A stretch of DNA of 62,986 nt, filler included, from Dimorphilus gyrociliatus (Eukaryota > Animalia > Annelida): the NCBI GenBank assembly GCA_904063045.1. It is 4 parts of 4 records of this genome, joined end to end, with 100 filler letters (N's around TTAATTAATTAA, not from the genome) between each part and the next. Parts side by side here need not be neighbours in the genome. Positions count along the whole stretch, not along the records: positions 24,776 to 38,232 come from CAJFCJ010000243.1; positions 38,333 to 51,136 come from CAJFCJ010000250.1; 2 more parts are not named here. One strand, given 5' to 3'. The first letter of the stretch is position 1. Every line of letters starts with the position of its first letter. Both the position numbers and the translations under genes were made by a program. Shown here in pieces: positions 36,078 to 46,414 of this stretch. Below the pieces are notes generated by a model. The model saw nothing but the letters and a program-made list of their open reading frames with translations, was not told where the DNA came from and did not search any database.

Positions 36078-37688
36078 TCCACCATTTGTTTGGTGTTTCC
36101 TTACTGTCACTGTGTTAACTGTTATAGGTTGTTTGTTAGCTAGTCTTAGTCTACTAGCACGATAGAATTTTCTTTTATCTGCCAATATTTGTAATTCATA
36201 CAAACATTTTGTAGTATCTGTAGCAGTTACAAGATATGGTCCACTCCATTTGCTTGTATTTATTCTGTTCATTCCTTGACCAATGTTTTCATTTCTTATG
36301 TGTACCCAATCACCAATTTTGTAAGTTGGAGGTTTTCTTGTAATAGCTTTATTAACTCTATCTCTATATTCATTCTTTTTTAGAACAGATTTGCAAAGTG
36401 CTGTTGCTCTAATTTCTTCAAGTTCATGTTTTCTATCAAATAAGAATTTTGTTGTTGGTTCTAATCTTGGAACTACCATTAACAGGTCTAAAACATTTCT
36501 ATTCTTCAATCCAAATAATATTTCATGTGGGGTTTTGCCAGTGCTTCCAACTGGAATTTGATTTAAACATGTCTGAATTAATGGTAACTGTCTTGTCCAA
36601 TCTATCAATTGTTCCATAACTACATGTTTATGTAGTGCTCTACGAATTTCCAAATTCTTTCTTTCTACCATTCCATTACTTTGGCTATGGAATGCTGTTG
36701 TTTTAATTTTTCGTATTCCCATTGATGTCACCATTTCTGTAAAGATTTCCCCAAGAAAATTCCTTCCTTGATCTGTGAGAATTTCTTCTGGGATACCAAA
36801 TATTGGGAAATAGTTGAAAAACAAATGTTTAGAAATCTCCTCAACTGTTTGAGTTTTTAGAGGGAATATGTTGGTAAATCTGGACATGTGGTCTATAATG
36901 ACAAGTATATACTTGTAAGAATCATGTCCAGTCAGAGGTCCCATTATATCCATAGCTATTCTTTGCATTGGTAAAGTTGGGTGAGGTGTTTCAACCAACA
37001 GATGTTTGTTGCCTGGTGCTCTTAATTGCTCACAAAATTCACAACCCTTTGTGTGATCTTTAATTGTTTTCTTTAGCTTGGGGTGCCAGAAAGCTTGCTC
37101 CAAAGTGTGAATTGTTATGTCTACACCATAGTACTCAAATAGTTGATGTTGATGAATTTGTCCAAGTAAGTTGGTTAGAGTTGATAGTGGAATTACAAGT
37201 AGTGGTTGACAGCCATTTAGATACCATACAAGATCTTCTTTTACAAACATAGATTCAATAAAGTTTCCATATTCATTCAAAGACCCATTATCAATGTTTT
37301 CTCCTTCCAATTTGTCTACAACTTTCATTAGTGGAGTATCTAATACTTGTTCTCTATAGAAGTTTATTTCAACTGGTGTGATTTTTAGTTTCATAATCTG
37401 GGCTTGGATTTCAGTTCTGTCTTCATCATAATCATTGTCTAGATTGTCATCTAAACAATCATCTAATTCTTCTAAGTCCTCTGTATCAATATAAAAGCAT
37501 TTAAGCATATCCTTTCTTTCTGCTAATTGGGGAACTGTATTGCCATTTTGTTTTTCTTCATTTAATCTTTCCTTAAGTAAATTACGAAAATCAATTACTT
37601 CATCAGTTTCACCAATTCTTGATATCCAGTCTGCTCTATTAGTTCTTCCTGGTATGTATATTATTTCAAATCCATTTTTTTTGTCCAT
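36078..37688 (-). CDS. Gypsy integrase (RNase H tail, acidic linker, zinc-binding domain, DDE core, GPY/F), in frame with Env
   Basis: FEIIYIPGRTNRADWISR; HQHQ..CEFC; IAMDIMGPL; ILTDQGRNF; QSNGMVERKN; KWSGPYLV. Confidence 0.92.
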
Positions 37689-38232
37689 TTCAGTTTTTCT
37701 GTCTTTTGGTGTACTTTTAATAATTCTCTCAAAGGTTTTGTGATTTTTGCAAAATCTTTAACAAATCTTCTATAATAACCACAAAATGCCACAAAACTCA
37801 ACAGAGTATTTGCAAACATAGGTAATTTGGCATCTTTTATTTTCTGAATCTTTTCAGGATCAGTTTCAATACCATTCTGTGTAATTCTATGACCAAGGAA
37901 TTGAACTGATTCTTGTAAGAATGCACATTTGCTCAGTTTAATTCTAAAGTCTTTTTCCTTGATTCTTTCCATAAGTTTCTATAGAGCTACAAAGTGTTCT
38001 TCCAATGTTTTGGTAAAAACTATAATATCATCCATATAATTAATGCAGAAGTTTTCCAATCCATTAATAACAAAATTTGCCATGATATAGCTGAAGTGTG
38101 AAGGTGCATTTGCCAAACCAAATGGCATGGGGTTGAATTCAAATAAACCAAATGGTGTAATAAAAGCAGTTTTCTCCTTATCTTCTTCTTTGATTGGAAT
38201 ATGATGAAATGCACTTGTTAAATCCAATATAG
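37689..38232 (-). pseudogene. pol: Reverse transcriptase of the Gypsy element (in-frame TAG at 37979-37981; RNase H missing)
   Basis: DLTSAFHHIP..YMDDIIVF..FVAL*KLMERIKE..FCGYYRRFVKDFAKITKPLRELLK..KLKW, then a direct jump to the RH-end motif. Confidence 0.88.
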
Positions 38233-38332
38233 NNNNNNNNNNNNNNNNNNNNNNNNNNNNNNNNNNNNNNNNNNNNTTAATTAATTAANNNNNNNNNNNN
38301 NNNNNNNNNNNNNNNNNNNNNNNNNNNNNNNN
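38233..38332. other. Artificial contig linker
   Basis: 44 N + TTAATTAATTAA + 44 N. Confidence 0.97.
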
Positions 38333-38517
38333 TTGAACTCTTCTTCGGTCATTTCACTTAACTGTAGGTCTGTTAGATCACCAGCATGGAGAGTCCATCT
38401 CTCTTTTTGTAGCATTATTTCTGCTTCTATAAGTTCTGCGTTCTTCTTTCTCGCGTTTTTCTTTGGTGTTTCTGCAGATTCTGTAGTACTTAAGTTCAAA
38501 ATTACTGTCAAAAACAT
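38333..38517 (-). CDS. Small signal-peptide protein, family S1 copy 1 (cut by the contig end)
   Basis: MFLTVILNLS..QKERWTLHAGDLTD..EMTEEEF, a clear paralogue of 41154-41519. Confidence 0.65.
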
Positions 38518-39299
38518 ACGAATAGGAATAATTTTTATATTTATTCAAAAAAAATCAAAATGATCAAATAAAGAATATTTAGATTTAAATCGACCTAAAA
38601 ATCAAGAATAAATCAAATACAACTTATTTAATATCTAAAATTTAAGTATTTTTGAAATAAATAGTATAGATTAGGCTTTAGTTGGTTATTATAAATACGT
38701 TAAACTTAATCAATATTTAGGAAAGAATCAAAAACTCAAGCAATATAGAGATATTAACTTAGTTTAAGTCATCTCTCAATTTTATCTTAAAATATACTTT
38801 AATTTGAATGTTTTTATCTTCTTTTTCGTTTAGGACAAAGAAAAAGAATTAAATCCTTAAATTAAGAGTGATTCTAAGTAAAATAGATTTTACACTAGCT
38901 TATAAAACTAACAAAACAGCTGTTAAGCAAAGGATAGTAATAAAACTATTAAATCAACTAAATCTTTTTTCAAGAATACAATATACTAAACAATCATGAT
39001 TCTAGTTTAATATATAATTTTTTAGAAAGATCAAGTATTAATAATAAAATGATTGAATTTATAAAAAATTGTTATTATTGTTTTAACTCTGAAAACCCAA
39101 ACGACCAGAAGAAAAATATGTTGATCTTTTATATGTTTTCTACCTAAAATCATCTCTTTTATAAATTAAATATTATTTAGTTTTTGTAAAATATAACACT
39201 TTTAAAAACATTTTCATATGTCAATAATTCCAGAAAAGATAGGATTATTAACAAATAACAAGCTATAAAAAAACATCAAGATATAGGTAATATAACAGC

Positions 39300-39870
39300 G
39301 AAAGTTGGAATCGTGGTTATTTAATGATACGGGTCAAATTTAATTTTTGTCAGAGGTTGTTAAATCATTAATAACCTCAGCTATAATACTGGTTTATACA
39401 TTTAATTAGAAGACTGACAAAAATATTTGTAAGAAGTACTTGTCTAATGAAAGGTTATATGATTAAATAAAGTAGTAAAAACATTATTTTTAATGAAAAT
39501 ACTTCTGATAGAAACACATCGCAGGTGTGTGAATAAAGTACTTAACGAGTTTTAGAATGACATTATATTTGTAAATTACAAGTAATGTAGGGCTGTTTTA
39601 TGTTGTAATTCAAAAGCTAACAAGTAAAGAATTTAATACCAGCTGCTAAACATAGTGGAAGTATTTTCATTGCTAGGGATGCAATATCATATGGAAGTGT
39701 TAAGAAATACTTATTAATTGATGGGGAAATAGATGATATTAAATATATTTAAAGATATTTTAGGAGGTACCCTTCTTTCTCTTGTACAAGATAACGATCC
39801 TAAGCATACATAATGGTTAACAACCAAGTTCTTTAATGAGAATAAAATTAGAGTATTACTATGGTCATCT
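39300..39870 (+). mobile_element. Highly decayed Tc1/mariner transposase remnant
   Basis: Fragments HSGSIF..AISYGSV..IDGEID..KYI and LVQDNDPKHT (QDNDPKH is a Tc1 motif), with many stops. Confidence 0.6.
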
Positions 39871-41153
39871 AAATACTCTAAAAATAATCAAATCTCTGAA
39901 TTCATATACAACAAAAGTTAATTATGACTAAAAAAGAAATTGGTTAATTTTAACTATTAAATCATGTAATGTGCTTTTTATATTTATACCAGAAGACTTG
40001 AAGTATTATATTTGGTTAAATGTGGACTAACGAGTAAAAGTTATTTCCAATATTTTCGTCTTGGATAATTTTTCTTTGATTAACCACCTATAACTGTTTT
40101 ATGTAATAAATCCTTTTATCAGTAAATATTAAACAGATAATAAAACTTTAATTGATTACTTTTTTAAAATAACGTATACAAAAAAAATGTCTAAGTATAT
40201 AAATATATAAAAGTGTTTATAGAAAAGGAATAGACTGTTTTTCTCTCACAAAATTAATAATTTTTTCTAAGGTTATTAGTTTTTGGTTAAGAAATTATAG
40301 AGACTTCTATTATAAATAAAGAATTGCTATTAAATCCTAGAAATTTTACTTCCTATTATTAAAAATATACTTTTTAAAAGAATTTGATATGATTAACCAA
40401 AGCTTGTTAAAACAAAGTATAATACTGATTGTTAATAGAATGTGTATGTGATAAGATTTATCAAAATACTATTTAAAGTTGAGTATGATACAGAAAAAGA
40501 TATGATAAGTGATTTCGATGTAGAATTTATTGTTAATAAAAATATAGAGAAAGACTATTTATATAAAAAGGAGAATATCAGCATTTAACAATAAACCATA
40601 AGAGTAATTATAAAGATAATATAATGTATTTAATACAAGAATTATTAAAGGTAAATTAAAAAACAGATATTAAAAATTTACAAATGTTTTGCATGTTTAT
40701 TAAAATCTATGATAAAAAAATATAAGAAAATGATTATTTAAAAGTTATAGTTAATTTTTATTGAGATTTTATTTTGATGGGTTGAAATTTATTTTGATAT
40801 ACTCTACTTTTTTGTATAGATTGACATTTTATACATTTCTAAGCTACCTAAGTTATTGATATATTTTTGAATATTGAATAGATCTGATGAATTCGAAATG
40901 ATATAATTTACTAAAATTTAAATTAATTGCTAAAATAGACTTTTGGAAAATTATATTTCTATAATAAATCTATTATTTCCTAAAATGAAAATAAAATTCT
41001 AAAAATTTAGATCTTGAATTTTTATATAAACTTTTAGTATTTTGTATTTGATTCATATTATTATTATTATTAGATGATTTTTTTTATTGAATATTTTTTA
41101 TTTGATCGTTTAAATTAGATTTTAACTTAAATATAAAAGTACACCTTAATCCT

Positions 41154-41519
41154 ATGTTTTTGATACTAATTTTATATTTAAGTAGTTTAAAATCTACACA
41201 AGCACCAAAGAGAAACATAAGAAAAAGCGATTCAGAACTAACAGAAGCTGAGAAGGTAAAACAGAAAGAGAGATGGAAACTTCATGCTGATGACTTAACA
41301 GATGAACAAATTGATGAAATGACTAAAGAAGAGTTTGATGATAGAATATCCTTTGATCCACATTTATATGACAGAATGTATTGCCGTGGAACAACAATAG
41401 GAAGTGATGAAGAGCCTAATCTTGAACAAACTCAAGAATGTGACAGAATCCCTCCATTTGTTAAAACACCGGAAAGTATGAAACGAGCTGAGAAATTACC
41501 AGAGTATAGGGACTTTTAG
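41154..41519 (+). CDS. Small charged signal-peptide protein, family S1 copy 2 (121 aa)
   Basis: Hydrophobic N-terminus MFLILILYLSSLKS and shared core KQKERWKLHADDLTDEQIDEMTKEEF; intronless. Confidence 0.7.
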   Translation: MFLILILYLSSLKSTQAPKRNIRKSDSELTEAEKVKQKERWKLHADDLTDEQIDEMTKEEFDDRISFDPHLYDRMYCRGTTIGSDEEPNLEQTQECDRIPPFVKTPESMKRAEKLPEYRDF

Positions 41520-41760
41520 AAAGTAAAGATGATGATATAGAATTTGATTGTGAACAACCAAAAAATAATACTAAAAAGGAAGATAACCGTCGGCCATTAG
41601 AAGAAGTAATATATAATATGGATTCAAGAGATGCTCAAAGCTGTGTTATTTTATAATTATTAAATGAACTTTGAACTATTTTATTTTTCTTCAATTAAAG
41701 TGATTTTCTATATAATATTACGATTTAATTATTGCTTATTTTTGTTTACAATCAAGTTTT

Positions 41761-41826
41761 AAGTAAATAAATAAGTATTTTTAAATGAATAAATAAGTGT
41801 TTTTAAGTAAATGAATAAGTGTTTTT
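41761..41826 (+). repeat. 22-bp minisatellite, three copies
   Basis: AAGTAAATAAATAAGTATTTTT / AAATGAATAAATAAGTGTTTTT / AAGTAAATGAATAAGTGTTTTT. Confidence 0.8.
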
Positions 41827-43757
41827 GAATAAATATTTAAAATAAAATATACATAATACAAATTTGGTCAGGAAAAAAAATACATTTTTATAAATTTTCA
41901 ACTTTTTTATATTTAAATTTATTTTACATAAAAAACCTGTAAATTAACCGAAGTGATTCAATAAATATAAAGTATTGATATTGCAATATTTGAGTATTTT
42001 AAATTATTTTAATAAAAATATAAAATAAAAAAAGTCTGTTCTTTTATTATTATCGAATTTTCCTGGTTCGCTTAAAAAGTTTCCATATCGGGTTTTTAAC
42101 AAAATATATACTTTATTTAAATATAATAAGGGATGGTATGTTTTCTAGCGACAGAACTACACATTTCAAATTCTAAATATTTTCCCATAAAAGATCTCTT
42201 ATGTATCTTTTAAAACAGGTTATTAGCCGCATTTATCTCTTCTAAAAAATGATTGTATTATTATTAAGAAATTAAATATAAAGTTTTCAAAATAAAATAA
42301 ATAGTATGTTACTATAGTTCTATATGTAGTGATATTATAACGAAATATAATAATATTAATATATTTCCATTGATAGAAATGATTGATTTTATAATTAAAG
42401 CTTTCAAAGCATCCTAAATAATAATAATAAGATTTTATATAAATTACAAAACCTTATTTTTATTAAAAAGTACAAAATTCCTTTCTCATATAGAACAAGT
42501 TGCAAAAAATAGTAAAACCACCATTAGTAGTAAAAAATATTTCTCTTATTATTATGATAAGAGAAAACAGGGAAATTAACAACTCCAGTGATTAGTTTTT
42601 GTGTAGAATAACTATGAAATTTGATTTATTAAACTTAAGAAGTGGTGAGCTTCCTTTATTGTTGTATATTCTTAGAATATAATTAATATTTTTAATAAAC
42701 TTTAAAACCAACTTTTCCCATCTATAAAAATACACATACCTATAACGTAATAAAACACGTGTTTTAAAAAGTTGTAAATTATGTATTTTTGTTGTATCCA
42801 ATCTTAAAATAATCTTTTTTTATTTCGCTGATTTCAGATTAACATTTCCTAAAATACAATTTTTATTTCTTCTAAAGAGGAAACTTTTTTTGCTAATATA
42901 AGCTTTACAAGTAAACAAATTTTCCAAGTATATGAATAAAATTTGAAATTTTTATATTTTCCGATAAAATAAAAATACCTAAACACTTTACTGTGTATTT
43001 ATTTAATTATCTTAAGTCCCTAAATATTTTACATCGAGTTTCTATCTTCAATTTACTAATAAATTTACTGTTATAAACTATTTACCCTTTATAGTAAATA
43101 TATAAAAAAGAAAAAAATTTATAAACAATAATGATATCCTCTAAAGTCTATTAAATCAATTAGAATAAATATACACTATGTTAATGTTCGGTTAAAGTTT
43201 ATTATTACTTAATTTATTTATAACAATAATTTAGTATTTCGTAAAAATTATGTGATTATTATATTTTAAATAAAATTATTTTTTTAAAAAACATGTGATA
43301 TTAAAAAACTTAATTTTTTATAATTTAAAAAGAATTATAATAATTTAGTATTTCTTTATATTTAATTTTTAATCTATTTACTTTTTAAAATTTTATTAAC
43401 TGAAAAATTTAAATTGAACTTTAGCACTGAAATAATTTAATATAATCAAATACTAAAACAAATTTTTATATTCTTTTAAAATCACATTATTCTTTACATA
43501 AAACCTAATTAAATATTAAATAAAATAAAGTTTACAACAAATCAATTGGTTGTATTAAAAATATAGTTTTTAATAGAAAAAGAATTTTTTTGATTTTAAT
43601 TAAAACAGTGTATTTTAAAAATCAACTTAGATTAGATTGTTTATAGAATGTAAACTGAATAATAGATTTATATTTGAAGTAGTTATAAAATTAAATTTAA
43701 AAAATCTTAATAAATAGAAATAATAAGTAAATGAAGTATTAAAATATTAAAAAATTT

Positions 43758-44743
43758 GGTAAAAGGGATTTTTGGGGTACAGCTATATTTGCTTCTTAAA
43801 TAAAAATAAAGATATTTTTAGATTTAAAACGTTTTTTTATTAATTTTCATCCGAGCCAAAATTTTCAAAAAAGGATTTTCCGTTTTTAGAAATAAATAGT
43901 CTTCGATATATGATTTTATATTTGGTTTTATGTTACTCCCTCTTGTTTTTAAATAGTATTTGAGCCATTTCCATTGATTTTCTATGTTCTGAGTATGTTT
44001 TTCTTCGTTTTTAGGGTCTACAAATACATCTTTATGTTTAATAGTAAAATGACCATATTCAAGTAACTTCACTCCATTATAGCCTTTCCACTCATCAGTT
44101 ATGATAACTGAATATTCTTCTACATTCTTTATTATTATTTTAGATAGTGTTTCTTCATCTCTTTTTGTGACAACCTCAAAGAAACACTCTTTTGTAGCTC
44201 TACAGAAACCACCTACTACCCATATCTGCTCTATTAGTCTTCCTTTGTTATTTTTCCTTTTACTGACGGCACTCTCATCAATTTCAATAATTCTACCGCC
44301 GCCCCCTATTTTTTTTTCTGAAAAGTCATCATATCGTCTACGAATAATTTTTAAAATACTATTATATAATGTTTTGGTGATGTTATATTCATTATAAATT
44401 TGGATTGGTGGTGTTTTAATGCTCCATTCATATATTATAAAAATGATTTTTTTAACGAGATTTAATATTGTCGAAATAAGACATTTACGTATCGAAACTT
44501 TTATATTATTACATTTTCTCGTCTTAAAAAGCCAAATGAAACCATCTATGTTATGATGTGGTACCAAAACCATCGTCTTTTTACAGCTTTTACACAAAAA
44601 TTTTTTCTTCAATAAACCCAAATCCATCATCCATGATAAAAATCTGCTCGGATCAAATGAAATAGTAAATAATTCCAATCTCGAAAATACCATTGGGGTA
44701 AATATTAAGCAAATATAGCTGTACCCCAAAAATCCTTTTTACC
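43758..44743 (-). mobile_element. Merlin (ISXO2/IS1595-like) DNA transposon 1, 986 bp
   Basis: About 37-bp TIRs GGTAAAA(G/A)GGATTTTTGGGGTACAGCTATATTTGCTT enclose the transposase. No matching TSD. Confidence 0.88.
43824..44693 (-). CDS. Merlin/ISXO2-like DDE transposase (289 aa from ATG 44693)
   Basis: CKSC zinc ribbon, IEIDES, WVVGG, IITDEWKGY and HTQNIENQWKWLK; CCCC immediately upstream of the ATG. Confidence 0.88.
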   Translation of the reverse strand: MVFSRLELFTISFDPSRFLSWMMDLGLLKKKFLCKSCKKTMVLVPHHNIDGFIWLFKTRKCNNIKVSIRKCLISTILNLVKKIIFIIYEWSIKTPPIQIYNEYNITKTLYNSILKIIRRRYDDFSEKKIGGGGRIIEIDESAVSKRKNNKGRLIEQIWVVGGFCRATKECFFEVVTKRDEETLSKIIIKNVEEYSVIITDEWKGYNGVKLLEYGHFTIKHKDVFVDPKNEEKHTQNIENQWKWLKYYLKTRGSNIKPNIKSYIEDYLFLKTENPFLKILARMKINKKTF

Positions 44744-45161
44744 AAAATATGTTCTTTGAGTTTGGACTGGAATGTCCTCTTGTCCATATTGGATTGGTTC
44801 TTCACTTTTTTAAAATAATTATATTTTAGTATGCTTATAGTTTGACCTCCTATCTGTGCCTTCAGATATGGAAATAGAATTTTCGTAGGTTCTTTTTCTA
44901 ATCTATCAAAATATTTTGTCTTCACCTTTCTTAGTCTTTCTTTTTCATCGTATAAATTCATTTCTTGTGAGATTTTTTTGTATTTTACGTCCTCGTGAAT
45001 AAAAATTCTTGCATAATCTATACAAAACGTTCTTTTTTGAAAAAAATATGGCGCTCTTTTTCGTTTATGATAAACTTTACCATCAAATATATCACTATCG
45101 TGTGGCATGTAACCTAAGTTGTTATAAAAAGTGATAATAGTAAATATATTTTTATAATCAT
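44744..45161 (-). pseudogene. 5' half of an S2-family signal-peptide gene, frameshifted and cut by Merlin 1
   Basis: Nearly collinear with 49540-49949, including the upstream region. A 1-nt loss in the signal peptide gives ACT TAG, and similarity ends exactly at the Merlin TIR (EHIL|). Confidence 0.88.
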
Positions 45162-45418
45162 TTTAAGGGTAATTTGATTGTTCATTTTGGGACATTTTTA
45201 CAAGTTAGAAATATTTTTAATAGATCATAGGTATCTCTTTATATTTTAAATATTATAATTTAAATAAATTTATTATTATTATTATTAAATTTGGTAACAT
45301 GGAACTTAGGATCCTTTTCGATCAAAAATTGATTTTTTTAGAAATATGGAAAGATCGAAGAGAAGCGGATAAAAATAAAATTTTAAAAAAAATTTATAAC
45401 ATTTCTAAAGTATTCCTT

Positions 45419-46385
45419 GGTAAAATTGCTTTCAGAGTCCCTTAAAATTTAATATTATAGGAAAATAAAAATATAATTAAGTTCAAAATGACATTTTAAT
45501 AATTTCATCCGAGTTGAAATGTCTAAAAATGGATTTTCTTTTTAGAAATAAATAATCGTTTATATGTTCGTCTTTGTAATTATTTATATTACTACCGCGA
45601 CTTTTAGATAATACTTTAACCATCTCCATTGATTTTCAATGTTTTGTGTATGGATTTCTGATATATTTTTGTGTTTAAAATTGGTTTTTATGTCTAATTG
45701 TTAAATGCCCATAATCATAATATATCCTTTCCAGAGTCAGTTATAATAATGGGAAGTTCTTCTACATGTTTATTGATAATTCTTTGAAGAGTTAATGAAC
45801 CTCTTTTTTCTACAACTTCAAAAAAGCATCTTCTTGTGGTTCTACAAAGACCACCAATCACCCACAATTGCTCATTACACCTTCCTACATTATATTTTCT
45901 CTTAGTCACAGCACTTTCATTAATCTCTATGATTAAACCAGGATCTCCTATTTTAGGTCAACTGTCAGATGTAATTTTACTTCTAATTAGTGATATGACT
46001 GTTTTATAAAGTTTATAGTTTACACCGTATTGTTCAAATATATCCATAATTGGAGTTTTTATGGACCATTCAAAGATTATAAAAATTATTTTTTAGTGAT
46101 ACTTTTATTAAAGTGAAAACATAGCCATCATGAATTGAAACCTTACTTTTACCACACTTCTTTGATTTACACATCCAAATTAAGCGATCTATATTATGAT
46201 GTGCTACTGTATTTCTATCAATTTTACATTTTTTACAGAATGATTTTTTTTTCAAAATATTTAATTTAGACAACCAAGAAAAAAAAGTGCTCGGACCAAT
46301 CATTTTTTCTTGCAATCGCAACCTTGTTATTAACATTAGGGGGTAATATAATTCAATTTTAAGGGGCCTGAAAGCAGTTTTTACG
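45419..46385 (-). mobile_element. Merlin DNA transposon 2, decayed
   Basis: TIRs GGTAAAATTGCTTTCAGAGTCCCTTAAAAT / ATTTTAAGGGGCCTGAAAGCAGTTTTTAC. Broken ORFs with CKKC, WMCKSKKC, KRKYNVGR and LWVIGG. Confidence 0.82.
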
Positions 46386-46414
46386 TATTATTATAGCTCT
46401 TTTTAATTAAAAAT

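Larger units (their letters stand above)
34073..38232 (-). mobile_element. Ty3/Gypsy (Metaviridae) LTR retrotransposon remnant, RT-(RH deleted)-IN-Env; 5' end cut by the linker, no LTR seen
   Basis: RT motifs TAFITPFGLFEF.PMPFGLANAP, YMDD and FLGH..G; integrase H/CxxC, DDE core and GPY; domain order RT-RH-IN; env-like ORF downstream. Confidence 0.92.

Noticed and set aside
41761-41826. Possible CRISPR array
   Set aside because: Tandem 22-bp units without spacers, and no cas genes; a minisatellite. No repeat-spacer array was seen anywhere in the window.
43824-44729. Bacterial IS1595/ISXO2 element implying bacterial DNA
   Set aside because: The context has no bacterial genes or operons. The eukaryotic Merlin superfamily carries the same domain and fits the CCC-ATG context.
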